DNA of 64,000 bases, taken from Candidatus Latescibacterota bacterium (GTDB lineage: Bacteria > Latescibacterota > UBA2968). Below the pieces are notes generated by a model. It did not search any database. It had not been told where the DNA came from and worked only from the letters and a program-made list of their open reading frames with translations. How positions within the stretch are numbered: the first letter of the stretch is position 1; every line of letters starts with the position of its first letter. Positions 48,359-60,426 of this stretch are shown here, in pieces. The stretch spans positions 1,600,001-1,664,000 of the forward strand of contig OZ242311.1 in the NCBI GenBank assembly GCA_965207885.1, given 5' to 3'. The position numbers and the translations under genes were made by a program.

Positions 48359-50296
48359 TTATTGCCGTGCAAACACCTGAACGCCCCACACCATGCCCCT
48401 ATCTTTTGCCACAGCTACTCCCACATGTGTCCAGTGTCTCGCCAATATATTTGAACGATGGCCCGCACTTAACATCCAACTTGCCTGCATCGTTTCGACA
48501 AAATATCCGTTTGCCACATTTTCGCTCACCTGAGAAAAAGGCAAGCGTCGGGTGGTTACATGCCACATCACATCCAATCCCGATAAAGAAAAGTGGGATA
48601 CCTCACCCAAAGCCAGCATTTCCTCGAGGCGGATGCGCGCCACATGCATCAAATTGGGATGTGGAAGTACAGCCTGACGACCGATCCGCCTTCGCGCCGC
48701 ATTAATTTCATCAATCAAAAATTGTTCAGCCGCCTCATCGCCCGGATAAGGGACTATTGTCAAAACCTCGTCTTCTAACTTCTCGGGATTGCCAACAACC
48801 ACCGCCTGATGAGAAACCGTAAAGGTGCGTGCCTTGGGCAGGACAACCTGAACCTGTACGCGACAATGTCCCACCTCCCCAAACCGAAACCGCGCCTGAA
48901 ACCGCCGCCCCTGCCTTCGCACAGCCCCTTTGATCACACTGCCATCGGGCGCGAGAAAGGCCGCGATAGATATATCTTCCACCTCGCTGTGTAACTGTCC
49001 TGAAACCGTCAGTTCTTCACCTGCGGCAACCGAGTCTGGAAGCGAATTGACCACCGCGAGATCTGTTCGCAACGGACCGGGATAACTGTATGCTACTGGC
49101 ATCCGCACTTCTTTTCGACCATCGGGCCACGAGGTGATCTTTTGTCCAAAGCGATTACGCTCGATCTCTCGCCCATCGGGAAATGTCTCCCGACTTGAAC
49201 CATCCACCCCTTTCACAATCCTATACCCATCGGGCTGAATGGCAGGCTCATTTTCCTCTTTTTTGCGGGTTACTATAGTGCCATCGGGTATTACCTCTGC
49301 CGAAATCTTCGTCACCCTTTCCGAAGTGCGTTGCTCCATCGCGCGGCCAGCTACACCATTGCGAACCACCGACTCATCTGTCAAACGAGACACCTGCTGT
49401 TCATAGCCAGATACAACCCGTCCATCGGGAAATCGGGTTTCTTTCTTCACGCCCCCGGGCAATATCACCTCCACCCGCCCATCGGGATACTGCCAGCGCT
49501 GTCGCCCGTTGGGAAAAGTCGTCCACACACGCCCGTCCTCAAAGCGACGCCGGCGCAATCCACTACCCGGGAAGGATGCACTCCTGGGCGTTAGCAAAAT
49601 CCCCAGCAACACGCGCCAATAACCCGTGTCCGGAAGTTGTAACCCTCCAGGGCGCACATAATCCAACTGCGTTCTGGTGCGTGTATGGATGGCGTGTGCA
49701 TCTTCCAGAGCCTCCAAACTATCAATCACATCTCCCGAAAAACCCTTCAGGCGACTGTATTCATCGGGGTGCAAATGAACGTATAAGTAATGAAAAGCCC
49801 ACACAGCCTTTGCGGTATCAACCATCTCGTAAACTTTTCCGCGACCAAGTAACAACGCGACCAGCACGCCGCGCTCTGTCCACCCAGACACCAGGGCACC
49901 CGTGGGAATTTTGAGAATCCGATTCTCGTGCACCAATCGTACATCGCGCAAAACGTGAACCGTATCCAATCGCACGTCATAAACACGAGTTGGCACTTTA
50001 ATCTCATCACCGGGCAAAACTTCTGGATGCTCCGACAGGGGAATCGTCACACTTTTGATTATCTCTTTGCCAGAAGAGTCAACCAAACCTCGAACCAGAT
50101 ATGCACTATCGAGAAGCGCTTCTTCCGTCAGGCCACCGGCACCTTCGAGATAACTATTCGCCGATTTGTCGGGCTGATATACATAAGTACCCGGCTTTGC
50201 AACCGCACCCGAAACTGTCACCTGTTCACCAGGCTGACACCCCGCAAAAATCGGGACCAGAACCAGCGTGTGAATAATCAAATGGCTTTTAGACAA
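48359..50296 (-). CDS. Multidomain lipoprotein: SLBB domain, PDG/PNG beta-hairpin repeats, C-terminal CAP (SCP) domain
   Basis: Lipobox FAGC; VSGAVAKPGTY...AGGLT (SLBB); repeated FPDGR/YPDGR/WPDGR; INAARR...SHF...SENVA...WMLSAGHRSNIL...HVGVAV...VQVF (CAP). Confidence 0.75.
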   Translation of the reverse strand: MSKSHLIIHTLVLVPIFAGCQPGEQVTVSGAVAKPGTYVYQPDKSANSYLEGAGGLTEEALLDSAYLVRGLVDSSGKEIIKSVTIPLSEHPEVLPGDEIKVPTRVYDVRLDTVHVLRDVRLVHENRILKIPTGALVSGWTERGVLVALLLGRGKVYEMVDTAKAVWAFHYLYVHLHPDEYSRLKGFSGDVIDSLEALEDAHAIHTRTRTQLDYVRPGGLQLPDTGYWRVLLGILLTPRSASFPGSGLRRRRFEDGRVWTTFPNGRQRWQYPDGRVEVILPGGVKKETRFPDGRVVSGYEQQVSRLTDESVVRNGVAGRAMEQRTSERVTKISAEVIPDGTIVTRKKEENEPAIQPDGYRIVKGVDGSSRETFPDGREIERNRFGQKITSWPDGRKEVRMPVAYSYPGPLRTDLAVVNSLPDSVAAGEELTVSGQLHSEVEDISIAAFLAPDGSVIKGAVRRQGRRFQARFRFGEVGHCRVQVQVVLPKARTFTVSHQAVVVGNPEKLEDEVLTIVPYPGDEAAEQFLIDEINAARRRIGRQAVLPHPNLMHVARIRLEEMLALGEVSHFSLSGLDVMWHVTTRRLPFSQVSENVANGYFVETMQASWMLSAGHRSNILARHWTHVGVAVAKDRGMVWGVQVFARQ

Positions 50297-50304
50297 AACC
50301 GTAC

Positions 50305-50916
50305 CTATAATTGATCTATTAGTCTTTGGGTCGCCTCAGTGGGATCGGGTTGACAACACACGGCTGAAATCACCGCAATGCCATGCGCTCCTGCGCGCAT
50401 CACCTCGTCGGCATTCTCTATTCCAATACCCCCAATGGCAACAATTGGAACACTGACTCCATCGACCATCTCGCGCAACTCCCCCAGCCCCTTCACCATG
50501 CCCGCATCGGCCTTTGAACCCGTTGCATAAATCGGTCCAAAACCGATGTAATCCGCACCTTCGGCAATGCACTGCTGCGCCTGTAAAAGTGTCTTTGCCG
50601 TACCGCCAATCACAGCATCTTCACCGAGCAAATCGCGTGCCTTTTCAATGGGAAAATCATCTTGTCCCAAATGCACTCCATCTGCCTCTGCAGCAATCGC
50701 CACATCAACCCGGTCATTCACAATCAAAGGCACATCACCACACGCATTCTTCACAGCAATAGCCGTCTCAATCAACGCGCGCGTCGAACCCTCTTTCTGT
50801 CGAAACTGAATGGTATCCGCTCCCCCAGCAACAGCCATTTGTGTCAGCGCACTGTGTGAAAAGCGGTCTTGCAAAACAACATCGGTTATGACGTGCAGCT
50901 TGCCAATTTTTTTCAT
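50305..50916 (-). CDS. thiE: Thiamine-phosphate synthase
   Basis: IQFRQK, LIVNDRVD, GVHLGQDD, GPIYATGSK and AIGGI. Confidence 0.92.
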   Translation of the reverse strand: MKKIGKLHVITDVVLQDRFSHSALTQMAVAGGADTIQFRQKEGSTRALIETAIAVKNACGDVPLIVNDRVDVAIAAEADGVHLGQDDFPIEKARDLLGEDAVIGGTAKTLLQAQQCIAEGADYIGFGPIYATGSKADAGMVKGLGELREMVDGVSVPIVAIGGIGIENADEVMRAGAHGIAVISAVCCQPDPTEATQRLIDQL

Positions 50917-50917
50917 G

Positions 50918-51712
50918 TTAGCGTTTAGCACAGTCTAAAAAATAAAAATGATTCGTAGGACCGTTACCTTTGCCAATATCCAGGCCATGCCGGATAGCTT
51001 CTGTAACATACTTTTTTGCCCGATCTATCGCATCGCACAACCCGTATCCCAGCGCAAAATTGGCCGCTATCGCCGATGATAGTGTACAACCTGTCCCGTG
51101 TGTATTCCCGGTATCTATGCGTTCACTTTCAAAAATCGTTTCACACGCCCCATCCCACAACACATCCACCGCAGCGCCCTCCAAATGCCCCCCCTTCACC
51201 AGCACAGCGCACGCGCCCAAATCGGCAATTTTTCGCGCAGCAAACCCGGCATCTTCTCGCGTCTTTATCTTTTTTTTACTTAACAATTCTGCTTCAGAGG
51301 AATTCGGCGTCGCCAATGTAGCCAGCGGCAACAAACGATCTGTGATGCATTGTATCGCATCGCCCTTAAGCAACGGAAATCCACTCGTCGAAATCATCAC
51401 TGGATCGACCACGAGCGGTTGCCCATTGCGAGTTGTCAGTTCATCGGCCACAGCCTCTACAATCTCACGCGAAGACAACATCCCCGTCTTCACCGCAGCA
51501 ATTTCAAAATCGTCAAACACGGCACTTATCTGAGCGCGGACAATCTCTTCGGGCAAATCACAAGCTGCACGCACCTCTTGCGTATTTTGAGCAGTAACCG
51601 ATGTAATCACAGACAGGCCAAACACGCCATGGGCGTGAAATGTTTTCAAATCCGCCTGAATGCCCGCGCCACCACCGGAATCCGAACCCGCAATTGTCAG
51701 GGCTTGTTTCAT
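50918..51712 (-). CDS. thiD: Hydroxymethylpyrimidine/phosphomethylpyrimidine kinase
   Basis: LTIAGSDSGGGAGIQADLKT, VVDPVM, KGGH and THGTGCTLS. Confidence 0.96.
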   Translation of the reverse strand: MKQALTIAGSDSGGGAGIQADLKTFHAHGVFGLSVITSVTAQNTQEVRAACDLPEEIVRAQISAVFDDFEIAAVKTGMLSSREIVEAVADELTTRNGQPLVVDPVMISTSGFPLLKGDAIQCITDRLLPLATLATPNSSEAELLSKKKIKTREDAGFAARKIADLGACAVLVKGGHLEGAAVDVLWDGACETIFESERIDTGNTHGTGCTLSSAIAANFALGYGLCDAIDRAKKYVTEAIRHGLDIGKGNGPTNHFYFLDCAKR

Positions 51713-52323
51713 TCCCATGCCTTCAAAAATTCACATACCGCCCTGGCCGGATCTCTCGCTGCCAAAATACCCGACATCACCGCAACGCCCGCACATCCCG
51801 TCGTGCGACATTTGGCCGCACGAGAAGGTGTAATTCCACCCAGAGCGTAAACGGGTAAGCGAGAATACGCCACCGCATTTGCCAACCCCGCCAACCCTGC
51901 TTCCACGCCATCATACCCGGGCTTGGACCCCGGAGTAAAAATGGGACTATAAGTGACAAAATCTGCCCCATCAGCGCAATCTAATTCCGCACAGGTATGT
52001 GTGGAATAGCCGATTAAAAATGACGGCCCAACCCGATCTCGGACCGCCCGCGGCAATACACCACCTGGCAAATGCACACCCTGCGCGCCGATCTTCACGG
52101 CAATATCTGCTACTGAGTTAATCAACAGCATCGCATCATAACGCGCTGTCAGCGACAACACCTGCTCAGCCAGAGCCTCTAATACATCTTTATCCAGATC
52201 TTTTTCCCGCAACTGCACCAGCCGCACCCCCGCATCCAGCGCACGCGCGAGTACATCCAGCATTGGTCGATCACCGCACGTTGCCCGATCGGCAATCAGA
52301 TAGAGAGGCGGCAATGAATTCAC
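51709..52323 (-). CDS. ThiE paralog, probably thiazole tautomerase TenI-like
   Basis: QLREK, GVHL, STH, SPIF..GSKP and YALGGI; has INS in place of the ThiE ND motif. Confidence 0.7.
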   Translation of the reverse strand: MNSLPPLYLIADRATCGDRPMLDVLARALDAGVRLVQLREKDLDKDVLEALAEQVLSLTARYDAMLLINSVADIAVKIGAQGVHLPGGVLPRAVRDRVGPSFLIGYSTHTCAELDCADGADFVTYSPIFTPGSKPGYDGVEAGLAGLANAVAYSRLPVYALGGITPSRAAKCRTTGCAGVAVMSGILAARDPARAVCEFLKAWE

Positions 52324-53096
52324 ACTTCCACCCGTCCTTCCATCGCCGTCGAAGCCGTTGCATACAGCTTTCTGGGAATCCGCCCAGCTTCAAAAGCATA
52401 CCGTCCAGCTTCAACCCCCTTTTTCATAGCCATCGCCATCTTCACCGGATGCCGAGCACCTGCCACCGCCGTATTCAACAACACGCCATCGCAACCCAAT
52501 TCCATCGCCAGAGCAGCGTCCGATGCAGTTCCCACCCCCGCATCGACAATAACCGGCACCTTCACCGAATCCAGAATAATCTGAATATTGTACGGATTGC
52601 GAATCCCCATTCCCGAACCAATGGGCGCACCCAGAGGCATCACAGCGGCGCACCCCAAATCTTCCAACTTCTTACAGGTAATTGGATCGTCATTGCAATA
52701 GGGCAAAACAGTAAACCCATCATTTACCAGAGTCTCAGCAGCCTGGAGCAACCCCACCACATCCGGAAACAACGTGCGTTCATCCCCAATCACCTCTAAC
52801 TTAATCAAATCGGTTTCCAGCGCTTCGCGGGCCAACCGCGCAGTAAGCACCGCGTCTTGAGCTGTAAAACATCCGGCAGTATTTGGCAAAATGGTGTATC
52901 GCGATCGATCGAGCAAATCGAGAACACCCTCGCCAGATTCGTCATTCATATTAAGCCGTCGAATGCCCACCGTTACAATCTCTGCGCCACTGGCTTCCAC
53001 GGACTTCAGCATCACCTGCATATTGGGATAATGCGCAGTGCCTATCAACAGCCGTGAACGATATGTTACGCCTGCCATCTCAAAATCGCCTGTCAT
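52320..53096 (-). CDS. thiG: Thiazole synthase
   Basis: [30 protein letters not shown] and VDAGVG. Confidence 0.96.
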   Translation of the reverse strand: MTGDFEMAGVTYRSRLLIGTAHYPNMQVMLKSVEASGAEIVTVGIRRLNMNDESGEGVLDLLDRSRYTILPNTAGCFTAQDAVLTARLAREALETDLIKLEVIGDERTLFPDVVGLLQAAETLVNDGFTVLPYCNDDPITCKKLEDLGCAAVMPLGAPIGSGMGIRNPYNIQIILDSVKVPVIVDAGVGTASDAALAMELGCDGVLLNTAVAGARHPVKMAMAMKKGVEAGRYAFEAGRIPRKLYATASTAMEGRVEV

Positions 53097-53118
53097 AATA
53101 TCCTCACTGTTATTCCCA

Positions 53119-53325
53119 CTATCCCCCCTGAACCGCGTGAATAATATCCACCCGATCGCCATTGCGCAACCGCATATCTGCCCAAATCGCCCGCGCTATG
53201 ACCTCGGCATTTACAGCCACGGCAATACCTTTTTGTTCGGCTTTAAAATTCATCTCAATCAGCAAATCAAGTAACGTTGACGCATCATCCACTGATTGCT
53301 CTTGACCATTCACTATAAGTTGCAT
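53119..53325 (-). CDS. thiS: Sulfur carrier protein ThiS
   Basis: MQLIVNG...IAVAVN...[13 protein letters not shown] with C-terminal GG. Confidence 0.95.
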   Translation of the reverse strand: MQLIVNGQEQSVDDASTLLDLLIEMNFKAEQKGIAVAVNAEVIARAIWADMRLRNGDRVDIIHAVQGG

Positions 53326-53329
53326 GAGT

Positions 53330-54466
53330 TCATAATCCAAATCGGTCAATCCCAAAAGGCCGAATAAGTGCCGGGGTACGCCGCTCCAAAATCACTCGGG
53401 CAATAGATAGCGCAGTCAACGGCGTCAGCAAAATACCCTTCCTATAATGGCCTGTTGCCATAATTAAACCCTCGATAGGCGTCTCGCCCAAAATAGGCGC
53501 GTCATCCCGGCTACCGGGACGCAATCCCGCCGTGGACTCGACCAGAGGCAAATCGTAAACCCCCGGCACCACTTCCCACGCGGCGCGCAACAACTCAAAC
53601 AACCCCCCTGCGGTCACATCTTCATCAAACCCCATCTCTTCTGACGTAGCCCCCAAGACGAGATGCCCATTATCCTTCGGCACGAGATACGCCACCGTAG
53701 AAGTCGCTACCCGCGAATACCAGACCATTGTATTGAGCGCGAAATCCTCTGTCAGGGCCAGACGCATAATCTGCCCGCGTACGGGGCGCACCGGAGGTCT
53801 GGCACAATCGGGCAAGCCCGGTATCAGACGCGACCAGCATCCCGAAGCCAACACCACTGTATCGCCCTCGAAAATTTCTTCGCCAACCCGCACCCCGCGC
53901 ACCCGCGCCCCATCTATCAAAAGTTCATCTACTCCCATCTCTTCAAACACTTCGCCACCCGCCGCCACAAGCCCCTTCTTCAACGCCATCACCAGACGTC
54001 GATTATCCACTTGATGATCGCCCGGACACCACACAGCAGCGCTCACTTGAGCCGACAAATGCGGCTCTCTTTCCCTTGCCTCATCACCTGAGAGGTAGGT
54101 AACAGACAACCCCAAATCGCGCTGATAGCGATACCGAAATTTTAAGTACTCCAGATCGTCTTGCGTAATACCCACCAGCAGCACCCCATCGCGGCGATAG
54201 CCCACACAGCACCCGGTATCGGCCTCCAATTCACTGACAAATTCGGGATAAACCTCCAGCCCCTTCAGGCCGAGATGCAGCAGGTCTTCCTCTTCAAATT
54301 GTACCTCAGACAGCGGCGACAACATACCCGCTGAAGCCCAGCTCGCCGAGTGCCCAACGCGACCCCTATCAAACAGCGCTACGGCACACCCCGCACGTGC
54401 CAACCGCCAGCCAATCGCGAGTCCAATTGCCCCACCCCCGACAATGAGCACGCGCTTTTGTGCCAT
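53330..54466 (-). CDS. thiO: Glycine oxidase ThiO
   Basis: GGGAIG, ASWASAGML, PVRGQ, GLRPGS and ATGHYRKGILL. Confidence 0.93.
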   Translation of the reverse strand: MAQKRVLIVGGGAIGLAIGWRLARAGCAVALFDRGRVGHSASWASAGMLSPLSEVQFEEEDLLHLGLKGLEVYPEFVSELEADTGCCVGYRRDGVLLVGITQDDLEYLKFRYRYQRDLGLSVTYLSGDEAREREPHLSAQVSAAVWCPGDHQVDNRRLVMALKKGLVAAGGEVFEEMGVDELLIDGARVRGVRVGEEIFEGDTVVLASGCWSRLIPGLPDCARPPVRPVRGQIMRLALTEDFALNTMVWYSRVATSTVAYLVPKDNGHLVLGATSEEMGFDEDVTAGGLFELLRAAWEVVPGVYDLPLVESTAGLRPGSRDDAPILGETPIEGLIMATGHYRKGILLTPLTALSIARVILERRTPALIRPFGIDRFGL

Positions 54467-54480
54467 CACAACCTCAAGGT

Positions 54481-54518
54481 AAAAAAAACCACCCTTCGCA
54501 TAGAGTCGAAAAGTGGTC
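54481..54518 (-). terminator. Riboswitch-controlled terminator upstream of thiO
   Basis: Minus strand ACCACTTTTCG-actctatg-CGAAGGGTGGT followed by a T-tract. Confidence 0.75.
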
Positions 54519-54532
54519 TCACCATCAGTTCA

Positions 54533-54615
54533 ACAAACTCCCTACGCCGGCACGATCCGGATCAGGTACAAAGGGTATAATCTCAGCTCACAGCAGCAAG
54601 CACCCCTGTCTTCTT
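54533..54615 (-). ncRNA. TPP riboswitch (thiO operon)
   Basis: Minus strand AGGGGTGC...GCTGAGA-ttat-ACCC-tttgt-ACCTGATCCGG-atcgtg-CCGGCGTAGGGA. Confidence 0.93.
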
Positions 54616-54683
54616 TTAGTTTTGCAAAGATACCATTTTCACATCCCCTGGTCAAGATATTCCCCTTATCAAATAGTCCGTAA

Positions 54684-56594
<1,911 letters not shown>

Positions 56595-56620
56595 GGCAAA
56601 AATATAAAACCGAGGAAGGG

Positions 56621-56666
56621 AATCAGGTATTGCTATATTTTTTAGAGCAATACCTGATTAAAAAAG
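56621..56666. terminator. Terminator between convergent thiC and the mltF-like gene
   Basis: AATCAGGTATTGCT...AGCAATACCTGATT inverted repeat followed by an A-tract. Confidence 0.75.
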
Positions 56667-56675
56667 GATGGAAAC

Positions 56676-58802
56676 TCAGCGACGGTCTTCTATAGCGGGC
56701 GGAGGTCCGACGAAGCCCGAGCTAAGTGGTTGTGTCACCTTCGCAGGTATTGTCGTATTCAGTATTTCGACATAAGCATCGTAGAAATTCTGAATATTTT
56801 CGACATAGTGTACGGGTTGACCGCCGCGACAAAAACCGTATCGCGCCCGCTCGTAATAGTCAGGTTGGGACAGCAAGCGCATCGCCTTTTCCACGTTGCC
56901 AAACCAGCGGTTGGAATCCCATCCCATTTCCTGCGCCAGACGGCGGGCGTCGAGCACATGGCCGTATCCGGCATTATAAGAAGCCAGAGCAAAGCGAATC
57001 CGCTCTTCCATCGGGAGATTGTGATCAAACCGGTTGATAAGCTGACGCATATACTTGACCCCTGCGTGAATGCTCTCCTGGGGTTCATGAAGATTGGTAA
57101 ATCCCAAATCCTGCCCGGTGCTCGGCATCACCTGCATCAGTCCCAGCGCGCCGACCCAGCTAACAGCCTCTGGATCGAATCTGGATTCCTGGTACATCTG
57201 TGCCGTAATCAACCGCCAGTCCTGCCCGTATTGAGAGGCGTATTTTTTTGTTAGATCATCATAAGGCGACAACTGTCCGCTCAAACCGACCCGCATTGAA
57301 TCTTTGGCTCTGGCGACAGCGCGCGTGCTCTTAAAATACCTCTTTTTCATCATATTAAAAAACAAGCCGCCTTTTTCTTCTTTTATGTATTGGTTGAGCG
57401 CCGCCAGCAACTCTGAATTGTCCTTGCGAACCGCCCAGCCCAGTGCCGTGGGCTTTATACTCAAGGCGGCTTTGAGGCGGCGGCCATACGCGCGTTCTAT
57501 ATCGAGCAAATGGGAATCGCACATCGTAAGGTCATAAATACCCTCTTCAACTCCAGCTAAAATATCTTCGGTTTCTACATTGTCGGGCACGATCGCAATC
57601 TCGAGACCATCTACGGAATCCCGCAACGCCATCAGCGTCGTATAAAACGAAGAACTGGCGCGCACATGTATCGTCCGTCCAGCCAGATCCTGGAGGCGGG
57701 CAATCGAATCGCCATCCGCATGCACCACCACCAGTTCACTCACTTCATTATAGGGTAGCGTAAATGCCGCCTGCTCTTGCCGTTCCTCAGTAATAGTCAT
57801 TGCCGAAGCCACGACATCGCCCTTGCCTCCATTCAAATACGACAACAGTTCGGCGTGACTATTCGGAATGACAATTTCGAGACGCAGGTCGTGCTGCGAG
57901 GCAAATCGCTTTATAAGCTCGTATTCGAACCCTATCTGCTGCCCCCGGTAAATAAAATAAGTCATCGCATTATTGCGCGTGATCATCCGCAACCGGCGGC
58001 GTTCTTTTAGACCGGGCAAATCATCGGTAAACGTTTGTTGTCGATGGCGCGTAAATTGATGTGCCAGCAAATACTCATCCACCACGACCTTGAGCTTTGT
58101 ATCATTTGGACGCATCATCAGAGCGAGCGGACGCTCTTCGGCCACAACGAGCGGTGCGACGAGATTATCGTGATAATTGGCGATGGCATGCCATAAATGC
58201 GCGTCACACAAGGTCGCTTTGTATTCGCCTTGAGCAATGCCTTTGACCAGCCCCTCGGTGCTGAGCGTATCTGACACAGTGTGGATGCGTAAAGACGGCA
58301 CCTCCTTTTGAACATCGATCAAGGTCTGATAATACGAACTGGACTGCCGCACGCTGATCTCCATACCGGCGAGATCGGCCACTGTCTCGGGCAGGCTATC
58401 TGCCCGCGCTGTAATCAAATATTCATCGACGTATAAATACGGAGCTGAAAACGCTGCTATCTTTTCTCGATCTGGCGTAACCGTCAAGCTGGAGGCGATA
58501 ATATCGCCCTCGCCTTCGAGTAGTTTTTCCAACATCTGAACGTAATTATCGGCCTTTACAAGCTCCAACTTCAGCTTGAGTGCATCCGCCAAACTATGGG
58601 CGATATCGTAGTCCAGGGTCACTGGCTCCGCCTGCCGGGGTATATAAGTAATCGGCTCCTCACTGACGATCACCCGCAATACGCCGCGATCCTGCAATTG
58701 CGGAAGATCACCGGTGTATTTGGGTGGCACGGGTTGTTTTTCGCTGCACTGTACAAAAGCACATAAGAACATCAGTGCTGGGGGAATCATACGATGCAAC
58801 AT
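56676..58802 (-). CDS. MltF-like lytic transglycosylase with two tandem substrate-binding (SBP_bac_3) domains
   Basis: Two SBP repeats (DLPQLQDRGVLRV and DLPGLKERRRLRM) followed by SLT motifs QESRF, GLMQ, ASYNAGYGH and YGFCRG. Confidence 0.88.
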   Translation of the reverse strand: MLHRMIPPALMFLCAFVQCSEKQPVPPKYTGDLPQLQDRGVLRVIVSEEPITYIPRQAEPVTLDYDIAHSLADALKLKLELVKADNYVQMLEKLLEGEGDIIASSLTVTPDREKIAAFSAPYLYVDEYLITARADSLPETVADLAGMEISVRQSSSYYQTLIDVQKEVPSLRIHTVSDTLSTEGLVKGIAQGEYKATLCDAHLWHAIANYHDNLVAPLVVAEERPLALMMRPNDTKLKVVVDEYLLAHQFTRHRQQTFTDDLPGLKERRRLRMITRNNAMTYFIYRGQQIGFEYELIKRFASQHDLRLEIVIPNSHAELLSYLNGGKGDVVASAMTITEERQEQAAFTLPYNEVSELVVVHADGDSIARLQDLAGRTIHVRASSSFYTTLMALRDSVDGLEIAIVPDNVETEDILAGVEEGIYDLTMCDSHLLDIERAYGRRLKAALSIKPTALGWAVRKDNSELLAALNQYIKEEKGGLFFNMMKKRYFKSTRAVARAKDSMRVGLSGQLSPYDDLTKKYASQYGQDWRLITAQMYQESRFDPEAVSWVGALGLMQVMPSTGQDLGFTNLHEPQESIHAGVKYMRQLINRFDHNLPMEERIRFALASYNAGYGHVLDARRLAQEMGWDSNRWFGNVEKAMRLLSQPDYYERARYGFCRGGQPVHYVENIQNFYDAYVEILNTTIPAKVTQPLSSGFVGPPPAIEDRR

Positions 58803-58951
58803 ACGATGTGTCTCCTTTCAATATATCGCCTCATCGCCGGCCCGATGGGGCTAAAATACTTTGAGATATTTTCTTCCCAAAAGAAGAAGGGATTGCGATA
58901 TAATCGCACCCCTTTTTTATGAACGAAATACAGATGATAGTTTGGGGCGAT

Positions 58952-59365
58952 TTATGTTTCCCGTCTCCCCGGCGGGTCGGATACAAAGCTTTCGATAGCC
59001 GCGTCAACGGATTCTAACGTTCGAAAATGCGACGACAACTTTCCGACCATCATCAAACTCTCCATCCGGTTTGCAATGCCGGCCAACCTGAGATCACCTC
59101 CAGCATTTCTCAACATCTCCAGGCTGACCGCCAATACTCCTAACATCGTACTGCCAAACCACTTCACCTTGGAAAAATCGACCACGACATTTGTAATGCC
59201 ATCGGCCATGACCTCTTCGACATAGTGCTGAAAAGGAACAACCGTAGGACCACTCATAAGGGTACCCGACACAGTCAGAACCGCAACGTGATCGCGAATG
59301 TCAACTTTGACTCTCATCAATTTGGCGAACAGCTCTTCAAAAATTGGACGATTTGCGCCATCCAT
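58952..59365 (-). CDS. STAS domain protein (anti-sigma factor antagonist-like); start uncertain (59365 or 59317)
   Basis: VAVLTVSGTL, VVVDFSKVKWFGSTMLGVL and GGDLRL. Confidence 0.82.
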   Translation of the reverse strand: MDGANRPIFEELFAKLMRVKVDIRDHVAVLTVSGTLMSGPTVVPFQHYVEEVMADGITNVVVDFSKVKWFGSTMLGVLAVSLEMLRNAGGDLRLAGIANRMESLMMVGKLSSHFRTLESVDAAIESFVSDPPGRRET

Positions 59366-59384
59366 TGTCAACTTACAAAAATCT

Positions 59385-59735
59385 CTATGCATCCTGATCT
59401 GCAAAACTTTCCACCGCCCGATCTACAGTATCCAGGGTCGTAAAAATATTTGCCAACTGCGTAACCATTAAAATACTTTCAATCTTTCTGGTAACACCCG
59501 TCAATCTCAAATCCCCGCCTTCACTGCGCAACGTCGTCAAACTCGCCGTTAGCACGCCTAACATAGCACTGCCAAACCATCTCACCCTGGAAAAATCAAC
59601 CACTACCTTTTTTATATCCTCACTTGCAAGTTTTTTAATATGATCTTGGAATGGGGCAACCTCGGGGCCGCTCATCAATTCACCCGACAGAGTTAAGACA
59701 GCGACATCGCCGCGGATCTTTTCCGAAATTTTCAT
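59385..59735 (-). CDS. STAS domain anti-sigma factor antagonist
   Basis: VAVLTLSGEL, VVVDFSRVRWFGSAMLGVL and GGDLRLTG; SD GGAGG. Confidence 0.88.
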   Translation of the reverse strand: MKISEKIRGDVAVLTLSGELMSGPEVAPFQDHIKKLASEDIKKVVVDFSRVRWFGSAMLGVLTASLTTLRSEGGDLRLTGVTRKIESILMVTQLANIFTTLDTVDRAVESFADQDA

Positions 59736-59922
59736 ACAAACCTCCAGGACCAGAACTTACTGAACATCGCACAGGGCACTGAAAATACGGCTGAACAAGA
59801 AAAAAATCAAGCTTATCAGTTGATATTATGCAGCGACTCTATATCTTGTGATTTATTTAAAATGAGATATACAAGATATTGTGGCAAAATAAAGCTTTTT
59901 TCGATAAACTGCGTGACATCCG

Positions 59923-60411
59923 TTATCGGTTATCAATTGTTTTTTTCGCCTCAATCACCATTTTCAAGGCAGCATCTGCTATCGCATCGCGAATCGCATC
60001 GCGATCCCCATCAAACTGAAAGACCTCACAAATTACACCTTCTGCACCGGCAACTGCGATATACGTCGTTCCTATGGGCTTGGGCGACCGTCCGCGAATG
60101 GGACCAGCGATCCCGGTCTCGGCCAGGCCCAAATCTGCACCACTCACTTTTCGCACGCCTTTGGCCATCTCGCACGCGGCTTCTGCGCTCACGGCACCGT
60201 ACGTATCCATCACCTGCACATCTATCCCCAGCATCTCGCGTTTAGACAGCGCGCTATACGCAATAACCCCCCGCTCGTAATAAGCCGAACTGCCCGGAAC
60301 CGAAACAATGCGGGCGCTGATCAACCCCCCTGTTGTGGTTTCTGCAACTGCAATGGTCCAGTCTCGTTCTCGAAGCAATTTGCCGAGCTTTACTTCCAAC
60401 TGTTCAGACAT
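59923..60411 (-). CDS. pncC: CinA C-terminal domain protein / NMN amidohydrolase PncC
   Basis: IAVAETTTGG, PGSSAY, GAVSAE, TGIAGP and KPIGT. Confidence 0.85.
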   Translation of the reverse strand: MSEQLEVKLGKLLRERDWTIAVAETTTGGLISARIVSVPGSSAYYERGVIAYSALSKREMLGIDVQVMDTYGAVSAEAACEMAKGVRKVSGADLGLAETGIAGPIRGRSPKPIGTTYIAVAGAEGVICEVFQFDGDRDAIRDAIADAALKMVIEAKKTIDNR

Positions 60412-60426
60412 ATTTGAAACCGCATA

